This document shows positions 1-13,174 of a DNA stretch of 64,000 bases, piece by piece (the first letter of the stretch is position 1; each line of letters starts with the position of its first letter). Location: the NCBI GenBank assembly GCA_964016885.1, contig OZ024741.1, forward strand, positions 111,414,001 through 111,478,000. Reading direction: 5' to 3'. The position numbers and the translations under genes were made by a program. Under the pieces are notes generated by a model. The model made no database searches. It saw only the letters and a program-made list of their open reading frames with translations, and was not told the origin of the DNA. This stretch comes from Eledone cirrhosa (lineage: Eukaryota).

Positions 1-368
1 TCAAAATTCCTTGGAATAATAAATGAGGTCCAGCGGATGTCCTGTGATAGAGTGGTACTGTTTAGTACTTTTTTTTTTGGTCTGCAAGTGGTGCATGGTT
101 CGCACTCTCACAAGGAGTCTGTCTCTAAAAAAAAACAAAAAATCGGTGGTATGGTAAGAACGGCAGATAATCAGATGAAATACGTTAGAATTTATTTTTA
201 AGTTTTGTTACTGACAAACTATGTGTGACTGCGACATGGTTTTGATTTTCGACTGCAATTGACTGATTTCAGTTGTGTTGTTAAAGGTCTTGAGAAAATC
301 ATGATGTCAAAACATTTAACTTATTCCGCTTGGAAATTTGAATTATTGAAAGACATCAATGTCATTCA

Positions 369-435
369 CAGACCTGCCAACCTCTAAAAACCTAGCCTCA
401 AAACGGAAAGAAATGAGGCAAATTTCTTATATATA

Positions 436-482
<47 letters not shown>

Positions 483-817
483 TATTATATTTATAGACTT
501 CAAAAGGATGAAAATCAAAGTTGACTTCAGTGCAATTTGGATTCAGAGGACAGGGAGCCAAAACGAACCATGCAAAGAATTCTATCTAACGTTTTAACAA
601 ATCTGTCAATTCGCTGCCTTATCAATATCATACAACCTCTAAAAACCCAAGCAAGGAGGACCATGAAAAAAAGTGCGCCAAAAGGGGGAGAAATGAGGCA
701 AAATGGGGAGATTTTACATAATGAAAGCTATACCCATTTTCACAAGAGAAGACATCTCTCACCCACCCCAAAGTGAGTTAAAGATCTCCCCGTCGGACGG
801 TGAGAGTTGACAGGTCG
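369..817 (+). mobile_element. MITE-like DNA transposon remnant(s) with CAGACCTGCCAAC termini (interrupted/duplicated)
   Basis: Starts cagacctgccaac (369) and ends gttgacaggtc (~816). The body at 633-816 matches the reverse complement of 29615-29791. Confidence 0.55.
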
Positions 818-1409
818 GTCATACGTTTAGGGCAATGCAGATGAAAAATACTATAGATCATCGGAATACATTATGTAATATTCCCCTCTCTACATTCTGA
901 GTTCTTATACTCAGGAGGCCGATATTAACCATTCTTCAGTAAAAAAACATACTAGCAATACACTGGTACTAATTCAATCGGCTTTATTTCATCCCTATCA
1001 CCACAACAATTAGATTTGTACCACATATAGGAAATCAGTTCCTTGTTACTGCCGCATTCAGTGGGTTTATACAATTAGTTACGTATTTCTCTGTGGGTTG
1101 TGAGGGAGGTGCTCATCCTCTGAAGATAGTTCCAACTAGAACCAAAACTACAGCCATCGGAAAAAACACACACAAAAACAAAACAAAAACCCCCCCAAAA
1201 CAAACAAACAAAACAAAACAAAACTACATTCCACCGGTTATTCCAGTAGGAAGCATTACATTAAGATACCAAGTCTTCCTGAAACCGGAGACTTGGCCAA
1301 TATTCTTGCAACATAGTAAACTCTATTAAAGATGCACCAGGGCCATGTGGTGGTGTTGAACTAGGGGACAGATTACGTCTACCACCCAAGAACAGAAACG
1401 GTGCAACTG

Positions 1410-1548
1410 ATAGACTTCCATGCAGTTTTTGTTTATCAAATTTCACTCACAAGGCTATGGTCAATCCGAGGTTATGCAGAAGACATTCTCCCAAATCAGA
1501 CCGTAGAATGATCCAACCTGGAGTTATGTGATTGCAACGCAAACTTCA
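1410..1548 (-). mobile_element. Decayed tRNA-derived SINE (family also at 32937-33095 and 5560-5710)
   Basis: The block cagttttt..tcaaatttcactcacaaggctatggtc..gaagaca is shared with 32937-33095. Confidence 0.5.
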
Positions 1549-1589
1549 TTGTACTAGTTCACATATCGAAAAATATATAGCAGTCTCCA

Positions 1590-4345
1590 TTTCATACTGC
1601 AAAAACTGGGACGGGCCTGATACCTGTCCTGAGAGGCGTGGGATGGACGCATAAAGATTGCGTATCCCGTGACCCCAAAGAGGGTCCGGAAGAAAGCAAA
1701 TCTTGACAGTTGGAACCTGGAACATCACAACCCTTACAGGTAAGGAGCAGGAACTAGCGAAGGAGGCTAGATGCTACAGGATGGATATAGTCGGGATTTC
1801 CTCAACAAAATTCCGTGGTTCTGATATTGTAGATTTGTATGAAGGATGGAAACTCCACTAGTTAGATGGCGCCAGAAATGACTGCACATGTGGGAGTGGG
1901 GATACGCACAAGCCTCTGGCTGTCAGAATGTGTTATGGACTGGATCACATTAGGAGGGAGGATTTGCCTCTAGAAGCTTAGGCTGAAAGATAGGTCTCAG
2001 TGGGAGGTGTTAGTTTATGCACCAAATAAGGAGTCCGAATAAAGATCCTTCCTTGAGGAAGTCACTGCAGTATTAGATGTAGTTAAGACTGAGTCATATA
2101 TCCTAATGGGCGACATCAATGCACATGTTGACACTGACCACCTGACATGGAACGGAGTGATTGGAAGGAATGGCGACTCCGATCTCAACACGAATGGAAA
2201 GGCCTTACTAGCAATGGAATCTCTATTATGAACACCTTTGAGCATAAATATATCAATAAATATACATCGTATAAGGGGAATCAGGGACAGAAATCAATAA
2301 TTGATTTTGTTGTTGTCTCTGATCTCTTCGGTTCTGTGGTGGATGTTCTTGTTAAGAAAGGGACTGAGCTGTCAACTGATCACCATCTAGTTATCTGCAA
2401 CTTGAGACTACCTAAAGCCAAAGAAGCCCCCAAAACTGGTAGGTCCAGGGCGAGCTACAAGATAAAGTGGGAAGCATTGGTGGATAAGCAAGTCAGGACC
2501 AAGTATGCAGATTAAATCCAAATTCAGAAAACTCCCTGAGCAAACTGAGGACGTTGAGACAGAGTGGAGATTTTTCAGCTCAGCAGTTTCTGCTTCAGCT
2601 GTTAAATGGTGCGGGCGAAAGAGGCTTGGTGTGGCGCCGGAAGCAGGAGGATCTCTTAGTTCAATCAAGAGGTCAAAGATGCCACCCGAGCAAAGAAGGA
2701 GGCTTACAAGCTCGGCTTGAAAATAAGTCCTCCTTCTTGTACTTGCAGTACAAGCAGGCATGAAGAATCGCAACAGAGACAGTAAAGGCGTCCAAAGTTA
2801 AGACATGGGAGGAATTTGGGGTTAAGCTGGAATCTGACTTCAGATCAGCAAATAAAGTGTTTTGGCAGACCATTCGCCGACTTCGTAATAAGAAGCCATC
2901 CTCCACACCAAGAACGCGTCTGGGGTTCTCCTCTCTTCAGAGAGGTGCATCCTCGCGAAGTGGAAAGAATATTTTGCTGAGCTCCTAAACCCTATCACAA
3001 CATCATCTGCTGATGTACATGAGGTGCATCTGGGAGCGGTGACTAATCTCGTAGGCTGAGGTCACAAAAGCAGTTAAAGAGCACAAATGTGGCAAGGCCG
3101 CTGGGGAAGATGAAATCCGATTCGAGGTGTTAAAAGCCTTAAATAGAGAAGGTATTCTCTGGCTAACTCGTGTGTGCCGGGTGGTCTGGATCTCTGGAAA
3201 GCCACCTAAGTGTAGCGGTTGTCTCCCTTGTTTGGATTAACATCTAGACGGGAAGTAGAACCCTTTCTGTAACTTCCGGTCAGAACCCTATAAAACTAAC
3301 AACTTTAAGTTCTCACTCTCTCATTTGGCTCTGCCTCTCATTTGGCCTTCCGGCGCCCGCCTGGCCTTAGCCAGGCGTCTTCTGCCAGCCGCGTTTGCCT
3401 GGCAATCAAAACGGTAACTACTAACTTTGCTTCATTCTATCATCTATTTCTTTGACATGTCAAGTATACTATCTACCATTGTTAATTAAATATTATACAC
3501 ACAAACCATGTCTCGTTTTGTTATATTCATACAACCCAGTACTCTCGCTATATTAACTCGTGTGTGCCGGGTGGTCTGGATCTCTGGAAAGCCACCTAAG
3601 CAATGGCAATTGGGAGTGATAATCACAATTTTCAAAAAAGGAGACAAGAGAGATTGTTCCACTTTCCGAGGGATCTACGGTAAAGTCTATACTAAGTGTC
3701 TGGCAAAGAGATGAAGGAAGATTGCCGAGTCCAAGCTAGCTGATGAACAGTGCGGTTATCACCCTTGCTGCTCAGCACAGCCGATTAAATATTCACACTG
3801 TTTTCGAGAAATCGTGGGAATATTGCCAAGAGGTATATTCTTGTTTTGTCGACCTTAAAAAGGCATATGACCGTGTTCTCTGGGGCCAACTGTGGAAGGT
3901 TCTGCAGGAGTATGGGATCGATGGTCAGCTCCTTGTTGCCCTGATGTCTCTATACGAATGCCTGAGTATTTCTGTTTGGATAAATGGTGCTAAATCGAAA
4001 CCATTCAATCTGGGAGTCGGACTTCGCCAAAGGTGCGTACTGACACATCTCCTGTTATTAGGTTTCATACTGAGTGCTGCATGGCTGGAATGAAAATCAG
4101 TGCTGCGAAAACTGAGATACTTGTCCTCTCAAGGAAGTCTGCACAGTGCACTCTAAATGTGAACAGAATTCCACTGAAGCAGGTAGAGAAGTTCAAGTAT
4201 CTCGGGTGATGGAAGGTAGGAGGTTGAATTAAGTGCAAGAATTGCAGGAGCTGATGCAGTAATGCGCCAGCTTCTGCATTCAGTAATTAGAAGAAGGAAG
4301 GTAGGCGTAAAAGCTAAACTCGCTCTCTCCAATTCGGTATTCGTG
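1590..4345 (+). mobile_element. Decayed RTE-clade LINE (Expander/Rex3-like), APE endonuclease + RT pseudogene
   Basis: APE motifs LTVGTWNITTL, GDINAHV, SIIDFVVVS and STDHHLV. RT motifs IFKKGDKRDC, FVDLKKAYDRV and GLRQRC. Many stops and frameshifts. Confidence 0.9.
3211..3552 (+). mobile_element. Solo LTR (342 bp) inserted in the RTE RT region
   Basis: Termini TGTAGCG...CGCTATA (inverted, canonical CA changed to TA). TATA-like ctataaaa near 3288 and attaaa near 3485. It interrupts the RT frame. Confidence 0.75.
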
Positions 4346-4647
4346 AGTAACGAGGCTAACTCTTTGAATTAAAGGTACAATCCATTTCTGTTTACCCAAT
4401 ATCACTTACAAAACATGTGTCGACGTGACGTTATGATAAATGGCACTTGCCCAAGTTGCCAAAATTATGTAGCGAGCTTTTAAGCCTTTACGTAATGTTG
4501 CGCTCACACCCTACACTAAACACCAAACTGAAACCTTCCTCTTTAGAAGTGGAATACTCTGAAATCTTATGAATTTCTTTTCAGAAATGAGTAAACTAGG
4601 ATTTAACGCTAACAATATGTTGACACCACTTTGTAAATAGAGTGCAG

Positions 4648-4747
<100 letters not shown>

Positions 4748-4823
4748 TCATACAGACATAGACACACAACTGATAGTACCAGTGAGCTCCCATATTCATA
4801 TTGTCGTCGTATATTCATTGTGA

Positions 4824-5328
4824 CTAGCTGGACCCGTCTCTCTATATTATAACCCCTCTCTCTAAATATATTAAAACCACACTCTCGCTATATATAAACC
4901 CATCCCTTTCTCTATTAAAACCACCCTCTCTATATATTATAACACCCCCTCTCTCTATATATATTTAACCCCCTCTCTCTATATATATTTTAACCCTCCT
5001 TTCTCTATATTATAACCCCTTCTCTCTATATCATAACTCCCCTTCTCTCTATATATTATAACCCATCCCTTTCTCTATATTATAAACCCCTCTCTTTAAA
5101 TATAGTATAACCCCCTCTCTCTATATATATTATAACTCCCTCTCTCTCTATATATATATAATAACTCATCCCTTTCTCTATATTATAAGCCCCTCTCTCT
5201 AAATAAATTATAACCTTTGATTTTCTTTGGCCGTAGATTGTCGTAGATTGTTTAGCACCCCACTTCCATTGTTTTACAGAAAGCGGCCGAACGTACGGTA
5301 CGTAGGTATTAGCATATTAATATATAGA
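4824..5328 (-). mobile_element. Non-autonomous Helitron-like element with internal ~22-bp tandem array (ctctctatatattataaccc)
   Basis: On the minus strand it begins A|TC (5328) and ends CTAG|T (4824). The array spans ~4835-5215. The 3' hairpin is not intact. Confidence 0.55.
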
Positions 5329-5747
5329 TACCTAAGCCAGTGGTTCCTACAACCCCAGAGGGTTTTTTGGGGTTTCATGACAAATAGGGGTTTCCTACAG
5401 ACTTTAACAGTTATTCATGGCATTCTTCGTAGCATTATCAATATTCTATTTTAATATGTTATTCTTTTATGAAACTATAGTTTTCTAATAAAGGGAAGAA
5501 AAATGTGTTCTTTTATTCATTTATAATTATTTTATTCATTTATTATTATTTTTTTATACTGGTTTCAGTCATTGGACAGCGGTCACGCTGGGGCATCATC
5601 TTTAAGTATTTAGTCTATCGTATCAACCAAATTTCTTATTTTAAACTCTGGTACTTTCAATCACTATTTGTCAATCCGTTAGACAATCAACATTGATTGT
5701 CAAGCAATGCAAATATAAAGACGCGCGCTCACACCCACTCACATGTA

Positions 5748-6358
5748 TAATGGTTTCTGATTTAGACACAAGGCTTTTTGAAGGGAAGGCTAAAATCGAT
5801 TAAATCGACCCCAGTGCGTACTGGTACTTTATTTTATCGACCTCATAAGAATGAAAGGCAAAGTTAACCTCGAATGAGATTTGAACTCAAAACGTAAAGG
5901 TAAGTAACTCTATGCCATGAAGCAGGATGTCCGACGCTCTACCGATACTGCCAATCCACCATCCTACTCACATACATAATTGTTTCTACTTTAGGCACAA
6001 GGCCAGCAATTACCCTGTGCATTACTGGTACTTTATTTTATCGACCCCGTAAGGATGAAAGGCAAAGTCAACCTCGGCGGGATTTGAACTCAGAACGTAA
6101 AGGGACGTAATGGTACTCATAGTGTAATGTTTTCTTTCTATTATAAAGTCTGTCAGGGGTGAATTGGCAGTATCAGTAGAGCGTCGGCCAACATGATTCG
6201 CGGCATATAGTTACGGCCCTTTATGTTCTAAGTTCAAATCCCGTCGAGGTTAACTTTACCTTTCATTCATAAGTAACACACCGAGGTTGATTTAAGCGAA
6301 TTCCCCCCCCCCCCCCCCCCCAAAAAAAAAAATTTGATGGCCTAAATCAGAAACCATT
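5748..6358. mobile_element. Cluster of three tRNA-derived SINE copies (5748-5962 -, 5978-6110 -, 6156-6358 +)
   Basis: Shared core actggtactttattttatcgaccccgtaaggatgaaaggcaaagttaacctcggcgggatttgaactc. Pol III A/B-box-like head (tggcagtatcggtag; gttcaaatcc). Confidence 0.85.
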
Positions 6359-7689
6359 ATAAAGTACGTCTTCTCTACAATTTTCTCAGAAATATTTAGG
6401 GTTCGAGGCTCAAGTAAAAAAAATAAAATCTACCGACTCCCCGCTATTGAATCTATTTCCGGCGAAATTTGTTTGTAAGTGATTCATATTGATACAGCAG
6501 CTGGAGAATCTAATAATTTTATTTTACATTAAAAAAAACATTAAAAGAAATCCCATATTTACGAACGTACACTATACAATTACCCCCCCCCCCCCCACTT
6601 ATAAGAATTTAATCAAATGTTAAACCTCTTATACCACCGCCAATTATTTGGGACCGGAGAGTCCTGTAAAAATACTGTAAATATTATATTTAATGTTTTT
6701 AATAAAAAGGGCGAAACTATAAAGGGACACAACTATTATAGTTTTCTCTTAGAAACGGTAGTTGCCTCCCTTCTAATTCGGTTTGCTTTACAAACGTCGA
6801 TAATTATAAAAACATTTCATCTTTACTGAAACGCTTTGATTTTTCTGATAGGATATAAGATGTTAAGGTTTTATATGGGAGGTAGAGGAGATAAATAGGA
6901 AGTTGTGTCGCCAAATGGCATTAACAAACATGTTTGCTGTTATCACGGTAACAGACGAGATATTCGAATTGTAAATTACTTAAAAGTCTTTAAAAGCTTT
7001 ATACAGACGTTTGTTTGCGCGTGTATATGTATCTATGTGTAAATGTTTGTGCAATCGCATATGTGTGTATATGCATACATGTTTGTATGCATATATGTGT
7101 GTCTCTGTGCGCATATGCATATGCGTATGTATAAGTATGTGTCTATTTGTTTATGTGTGCGTGTGTGTGTTTGTGCATTTGTACATATGTGTATATGCCT
7201 AAGTGTTTGTGTGTGTGTATCTATGTTTGTGTGTGTGTATCTATGTGTGTGTATGTGTGTATACGTATAAGTGTATGTGTCACCGGATTGGCTTGATAGA
7301 TATGATGATATAACGGTAATTGAAGTGATGTTGCTGAGGCTGTTGTTGTTGTTGGTGGAGGTCGTGATAACGGTATTGTATATACGTAGCAGTGGCGGCA
7401 GCTGTGGTAGCTATGTTGAGGAAGTTTAGTCAAGGATATAGAGTTGTTTATGTTACTGCTATTGTTGTAGATGTTAGAGATGTTGTTTGTGCTGATAAAA
7501 GGAGACAGAGCTATTAATGGTGGAGGTGGTGGGGGTTATAGTATGGTTATGGTAATAGCAATGCATGGACACAGTGTAGATAGGATTATCAGAAATGGAG
7601 ATCGTGGTGGACTTGGTTGTTGATGGCTGTTGCTCGAGGAGATAAGAATGGTTTTACTAAAAGATGTGGAAAGTGGAGAGTTTAGAGGT

Positions 7690-10430
7690 ATGGTGTTGAT
7701 AGTGCTGGTAGTGTTGGTAGTGTTGGTGTTGGTAGTGTTGGTGGTGTTGGTGTTGGTAGTGTTGGTGTTGCTAGTGTTGGTGTTGATAGTGTTGGTGTTG
7801 GTAGTGTTGGTCTTGGTAGTGTTGGTGTTGGTAGTGTTGGTGTTGGTGGTGTTGGTGTTGGTGTTGGTAGTGTTGGTGTTGGTAGTGTTGGTGTTGGTAG
7901 TGTTGGTGTTGGTGGTGTTGGTGTTGGTGTTGGTAGTGTTGGTGTTGGTAGTGTTGGTGTTGGTGTTGGTGTTGATAGTGTTGGTGGTGTTGGTAGTGTT
8001 GGTGTTGATAGTGTTGGTGTTGGTGGTGTTGGTGTTGGTAGTGTTGGTGTTGGTAGTGTTGGTGTTGGTGTTGGTGTTGATAGTGTTGGTGGTGTTGGTG
8101 TTGGTAGTGTTGGTGTTGGTGTTGTTGTTGTTGGTAGTGTTGGTGTTGGTAGTGTTGGTGTTGGTAGTGTTGGTGTTGGTAGTGTTGGTGGTGTTGGTGT
8201 TGGTGTTGGTAGTGTTGGTGTTGGTAGTGTTGGTGTTGGTGTTGGTGTTGATAGTGTTGGTGGTGTTGGTAGTGTTGGTGTTGATAGTGTTGGTGTTGGT
8301 GGTGTTGGTGTTGGTGTTGGTAGTGTTGGTGTTGGTGGTGTTGGTGTTGGTAGTGTTGGTGTTGGTAGTGTTGGTGTTGGTGTTGGTGTTGATAGTGTTG
8401 GTGGTGTTGGTGTTGGTAGTGTTGGTGTTGGTGTTGTTGGTGTTGGTAGTGTTGGTGTTGGTAGTGTTGGTGTTGGTAGTGTTGGTGGTGTTGGTGTTGG
8501 TGTTGGTAGTGTTGGTGTTGGTAGTGTTGGTGGTGTTGGTGTTGGTAGTGTTGGTGTTGGTAGTGTTGTTGGTGATAGTGTTGGTGTTGGTGTTGGTAGT
8601 GTTGGTGTTGATAGTGTTGGTGTTGGTAGTGTTGGTGGTGATAGTGTTGGTGTTGGTAGTGTTGTTGGTGATAGTGTTGGTGTTGGTGTTGATAGTGTTG
8701 GTGTTGATAGTGTTGGTGTTGGTAGTGTTGGTGTTGGTGTTGGTGTTGGTAGTATTGGTGTTGGTGTTGGTAGTGTTGGTGTTGGTAGTGTTGTTGGTAG
8801 TGTTGGTGTTGATAGTGTTGGTGTTGGTGTTGGTAGTGTTGGTGTTGATAGTGTTGGTGTTGGTGTTGGTAGTGTTGGTGTTGATAGTATTGGTGTTGGT
8901 GTTGGTGTTGGTAGTGTTGGTGTTGGTAGTGTTGTTGGTGATAGTGTTGGTGGTGATAGTGTTGGTGTTGGTAGTGTTGGTGTTGATAGTGTTGGTGTTG
9001 GTGTTGGTGTTGGTAGTATTGGTGTTGGTGTTGGTAGTGTTGGTGTTGGTAGTGTTGTTGGTGATAATGTTGGTGTTGATAGTGTTGGTGTTGGTGTTGG
9101 TAGTGTTGGTGTTGATAGTGTTGGTGTTGGTGTTGGTAGTGTTGGTGTTGATAGTATTGGTGTTGGTGTTGGTGTTGGTAGTGTTGGTGTTGGTAGTGTT
9201 GTTGGTGATAGTGTTGGTGGTGATAGTGTTGGTGTTGGTAGTGTTGGTGTTGATAGTGTTGGTGTTGGTAGTGTTGGTGTTGGTAGTGTTGGTGTTGATA
9301 GTGTTGGTGTTGGTGTTGGTGTTGGTAGTGTTGGTGTTGGTAGTGTTGGTGTTGGTAGTGTTGGTGGTGATAGTGTTGGTGTTGGTAGTGTTGGTGTTGG
9401 TAGTGTTGGTAGTGTTGGTGTTGGTGGTGTTGGTAGTGTTGGTAGTGTTGGTAGTGTTGGTAGTGTTGGTGTTAGTAGTGTTGTTGGTAGTGTTGGTGAT
9501 GGTAGTTTTGGTGTTGGTTATGTTGGTGTTGGTAGTGTTGGTGTTGGTAGTGTTGGTGGTGATAGTGTTGGTGTTGGTAGTGTTGGTGTTGGTAGTGTTG
9601 GTGGTGATAGTGTTGGTGTTGGTAGTGTTGGTGTTGGTAGTGTTGGTAGTGTTGGTGTTGGTGGTGTTGGTAGTGTTGGTAGTGTTGGTAGTGTTGGTAG
9701 TGTTGGTGTTAGTAGTGTTGTTGGTCGTGTTGGTGATGGTAGTTTTGGTGTTGGTAGTGTTGGTAGTGTTGGTTGCGTTAGTGTTTGTAGTGTTGTCAGT
9801 GGTGGTGATGGTAGTGTTGGTGTTGGTAGTGTTGGTAGTGTTGTCAGTGTTGCTGTTATTGGTGTTGGTAGTGTTGGTGGTAAAGGTGTTGGTAGTGTTG
9901 GCATTGGTAGTGTTGGTGTTAGTTGTGTTTTATGTTGATAGTGCTGGTATTGTTAGTGTTGATAGTGTTGGTAGTGCTGGTGGCGTTGATGTTGGTAGTG
10001 TTGGTGTTGGTATTGTTGGTGTTGGTAGTGTTGGTGTTGGTAGTGTTGACAGTGTTGGTGTTGATAGTGCTGGTAGTGTTGGTGGTGTTGGTTGTATTGG
10101 TAGTGTTGATGTTGGCAGTGTTGGTGTTGATAGTGTTGGTAGTGTTGGTAGTGTTGTTGTTGGTAGTGTTAGTGTTGGTAATGTTGGTGGTGTTGGTAGT
10201 GCTGTTGGTGTTAGTAGTGTTGGTGCTGGTACTGCTGGTAGCATTGGTGTTGATAGTGTTGGTGTTGGTAGTGCTGGAAGCGTTGGCGTTGGTAGTGTTT
10301 TGTTGGTGTTGATAGTGTTGTTGGTAGTGGTGGTGATGGTAGTGTTGGTAGTGTTGGTAGTGTTAGTTTTATTGGTGTTGATAGTGTTGTCAGTGGTGGT
10401 GATGGTGGTGTTGGTAGTGTTGGTAGTTTT
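7690..10430. repeat. Triplet-period low-complexity array (GTG/TTG/GTA units) with higher-order duplications
   Basis: About 2.7 kb of (GTGTTG)/(GTAGTGTTG) units. Confidence 0.95.
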
Positions 10431-10989
10431 TGTGCCTGTAATTCAAACAACCAACTTTGGTACAACAACACAACTGGAACATTTATCGTCTAAACGGATG
10501 AAGACCCATTCTATGATTTGCAAAAATAATAGAATACCTCCGAGCTGTTATTGCTAGCAGGAGTTTCGTTGAATGGAAACACAGTTTTGGTGCTTCTACC
10601 TAACGATCAGCCGGTTTCATTTTATTTTATTTGCCTGACGTTAGACGATGGCCGTAGCGTGTATATGAGAGCTAGATGTCGCCATGTTTGCCCTTTGGGC
10701 ACACAAACAAACATACAAAATAGCTAAGATTGGCGAAAAACTGAGTATGCGTATGTGTGTAAGAAAAAGGGAGAGAAACAGATAGCTTGAGAGAGGGAGG
10801 GAGGGAGAGAGAGAGAGAGAAAAGAAGAAGAAGACGAAGAAGAAGAAGAAGAAGAAGAAAGGAGAAAAAGAAGAAGAAACAAAGTCAAATCAAAGTTTCA
10901 AAATACTTGAACATCTAATCAACTGCTTCAGGCTTTTGCAGGAAATTAATTAAATGTCATTAATTCTTATTTTATTCTAAACTAAATGT

Positions 10990-11865
<876 letters not shown>

Positions 11866-11870
<5 letters not shown>

Positions 11871-12074
11871 CGAAGGAAATGTGGTACGGAACCCGATGGA
11901 CCATAACGCACCAAAGTACTCAATACTTAGGGTAGTAGAGTGGGTAATAGGAACGAGTAGGACCCCGACGGCTGAACTCAAGCTGTTTCGACGGCCAACT
12001 CTGGACTAAAAAAAGTCCAGAATTAGCCGTCGAAAACGGCTTGAGCTCAGCCATCGGGGTCCTACTCGTTCCTA
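11866..12074. mobile_element. Minimal Penelope-like insertion: inverted tail plus pLTR-end palindrome in (TA)n
   Basis: 11866-11929 matches 48111-48171. 12014-12074 matches 49148-49206. Arms 11948-12007 and 12014-12074 are inverted. Confidence 0.75.
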
Positions 12075-12098
12075 TATATATATATATATATAGCTGTG

Positions 12099-12144
<46 letters not shown>

Positions 12145-12150
12145 TGTGTG

Positions 12151-12311
<161 letters not shown>

Positions 12312-12734
12312 TTAACGTATACTTCGTTGGATTTGGGCACACTTTAATATATATTTAAATTAACTACCACCTTAGGCTCTAAAAATATACTAATTAGTAC
12401 GTCCTTGGGGGATTACTACAGCATTTACAAGGCTTTATATGACAATCAGTTACGTATTTCCTTGTTATTGTTTGATATACACATTCTCTGATGAAATCAT
12501 AATTAGAGTAGAAAATTGATCCTAGAATATACATAATTTTTTCAATTTATAGATAAATACTTTATGATCTTTATATGTTTACATATCTATGTACTCAATG
12601 TATATATTTATACGCACAGTTATTATATCTCAGTTAATTTCTGTACTGTATATGCAACGAGTGTTTAACATATATATCAAAGGTTGATCAATAAGATCCT
12701 AGACCTATTCACTTAACGAATGATGTGGAGAGTT

Positions 12735-12917
12735 CAAATCGGACCGAGGAAACAATGTTTCCATTGGTCTTTCCAATTGCTAATACTATCTACCGGTCGC
12801 AAATTCAGGCAGAAGGAGCAACGTGAAATAAAATGTTTTGCTAAAGGCCATAACGCATCGCCCGGTCCAGGAATTGAACTCACAACCCCACTAATTGTCT
12901 AATCACTCAGTCACGCA

Positions 12918-12920
<3 letters not shown>
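12735..12920 (-). mobile_element. Second SINE family copy (also 33880-34085 -, 36259-36583 +, 27255-27400 - tail)
   Basis: Shared ggagcaacgtgaaataaa.tgt.ttg.t.aaggacataacgcatcg core. The tRNA-like head gtggttagagc..gttcgattc is visible at 36259. Confidence 0.75.
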
Positions 12921-12973
<53 letters not shown>

Positions 12974-13174
12974 CATATACATATGTACGTATGTGTTATA
13001 TCGAACATTTATAACAATATTCGATTCGTTTGTAAACAAACGGCCCGATTAAATGATAAATTGTCATCCGTTTTTTCAACACTAGCATTGAGGAGCAATC
13101 AGCATGTTTCTGGGTCATTATCCTTCATTAGGACTGTATACCTTTGCCAATCTGTATATATATATATATTCATT

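Noticed and set aside
7630-10557. 975-aa poly-Val/Leu ORF
   Set aside because: It is a translation of a GTG/TTG/GTA repeat with implausible composition and no domain.
10640-10700. Minus-strand aaacATGGCG start/YY1-like site
   Set aside because: The ORF stops after 14 codons and there is no other promoter evidence.
12483-12530. CTGATGA..GAAA hammerhead-like motif (also weak ones at ~15915 and ~24545 minus)
   Set aside because: Stems II and III pair too poorly to support a call.
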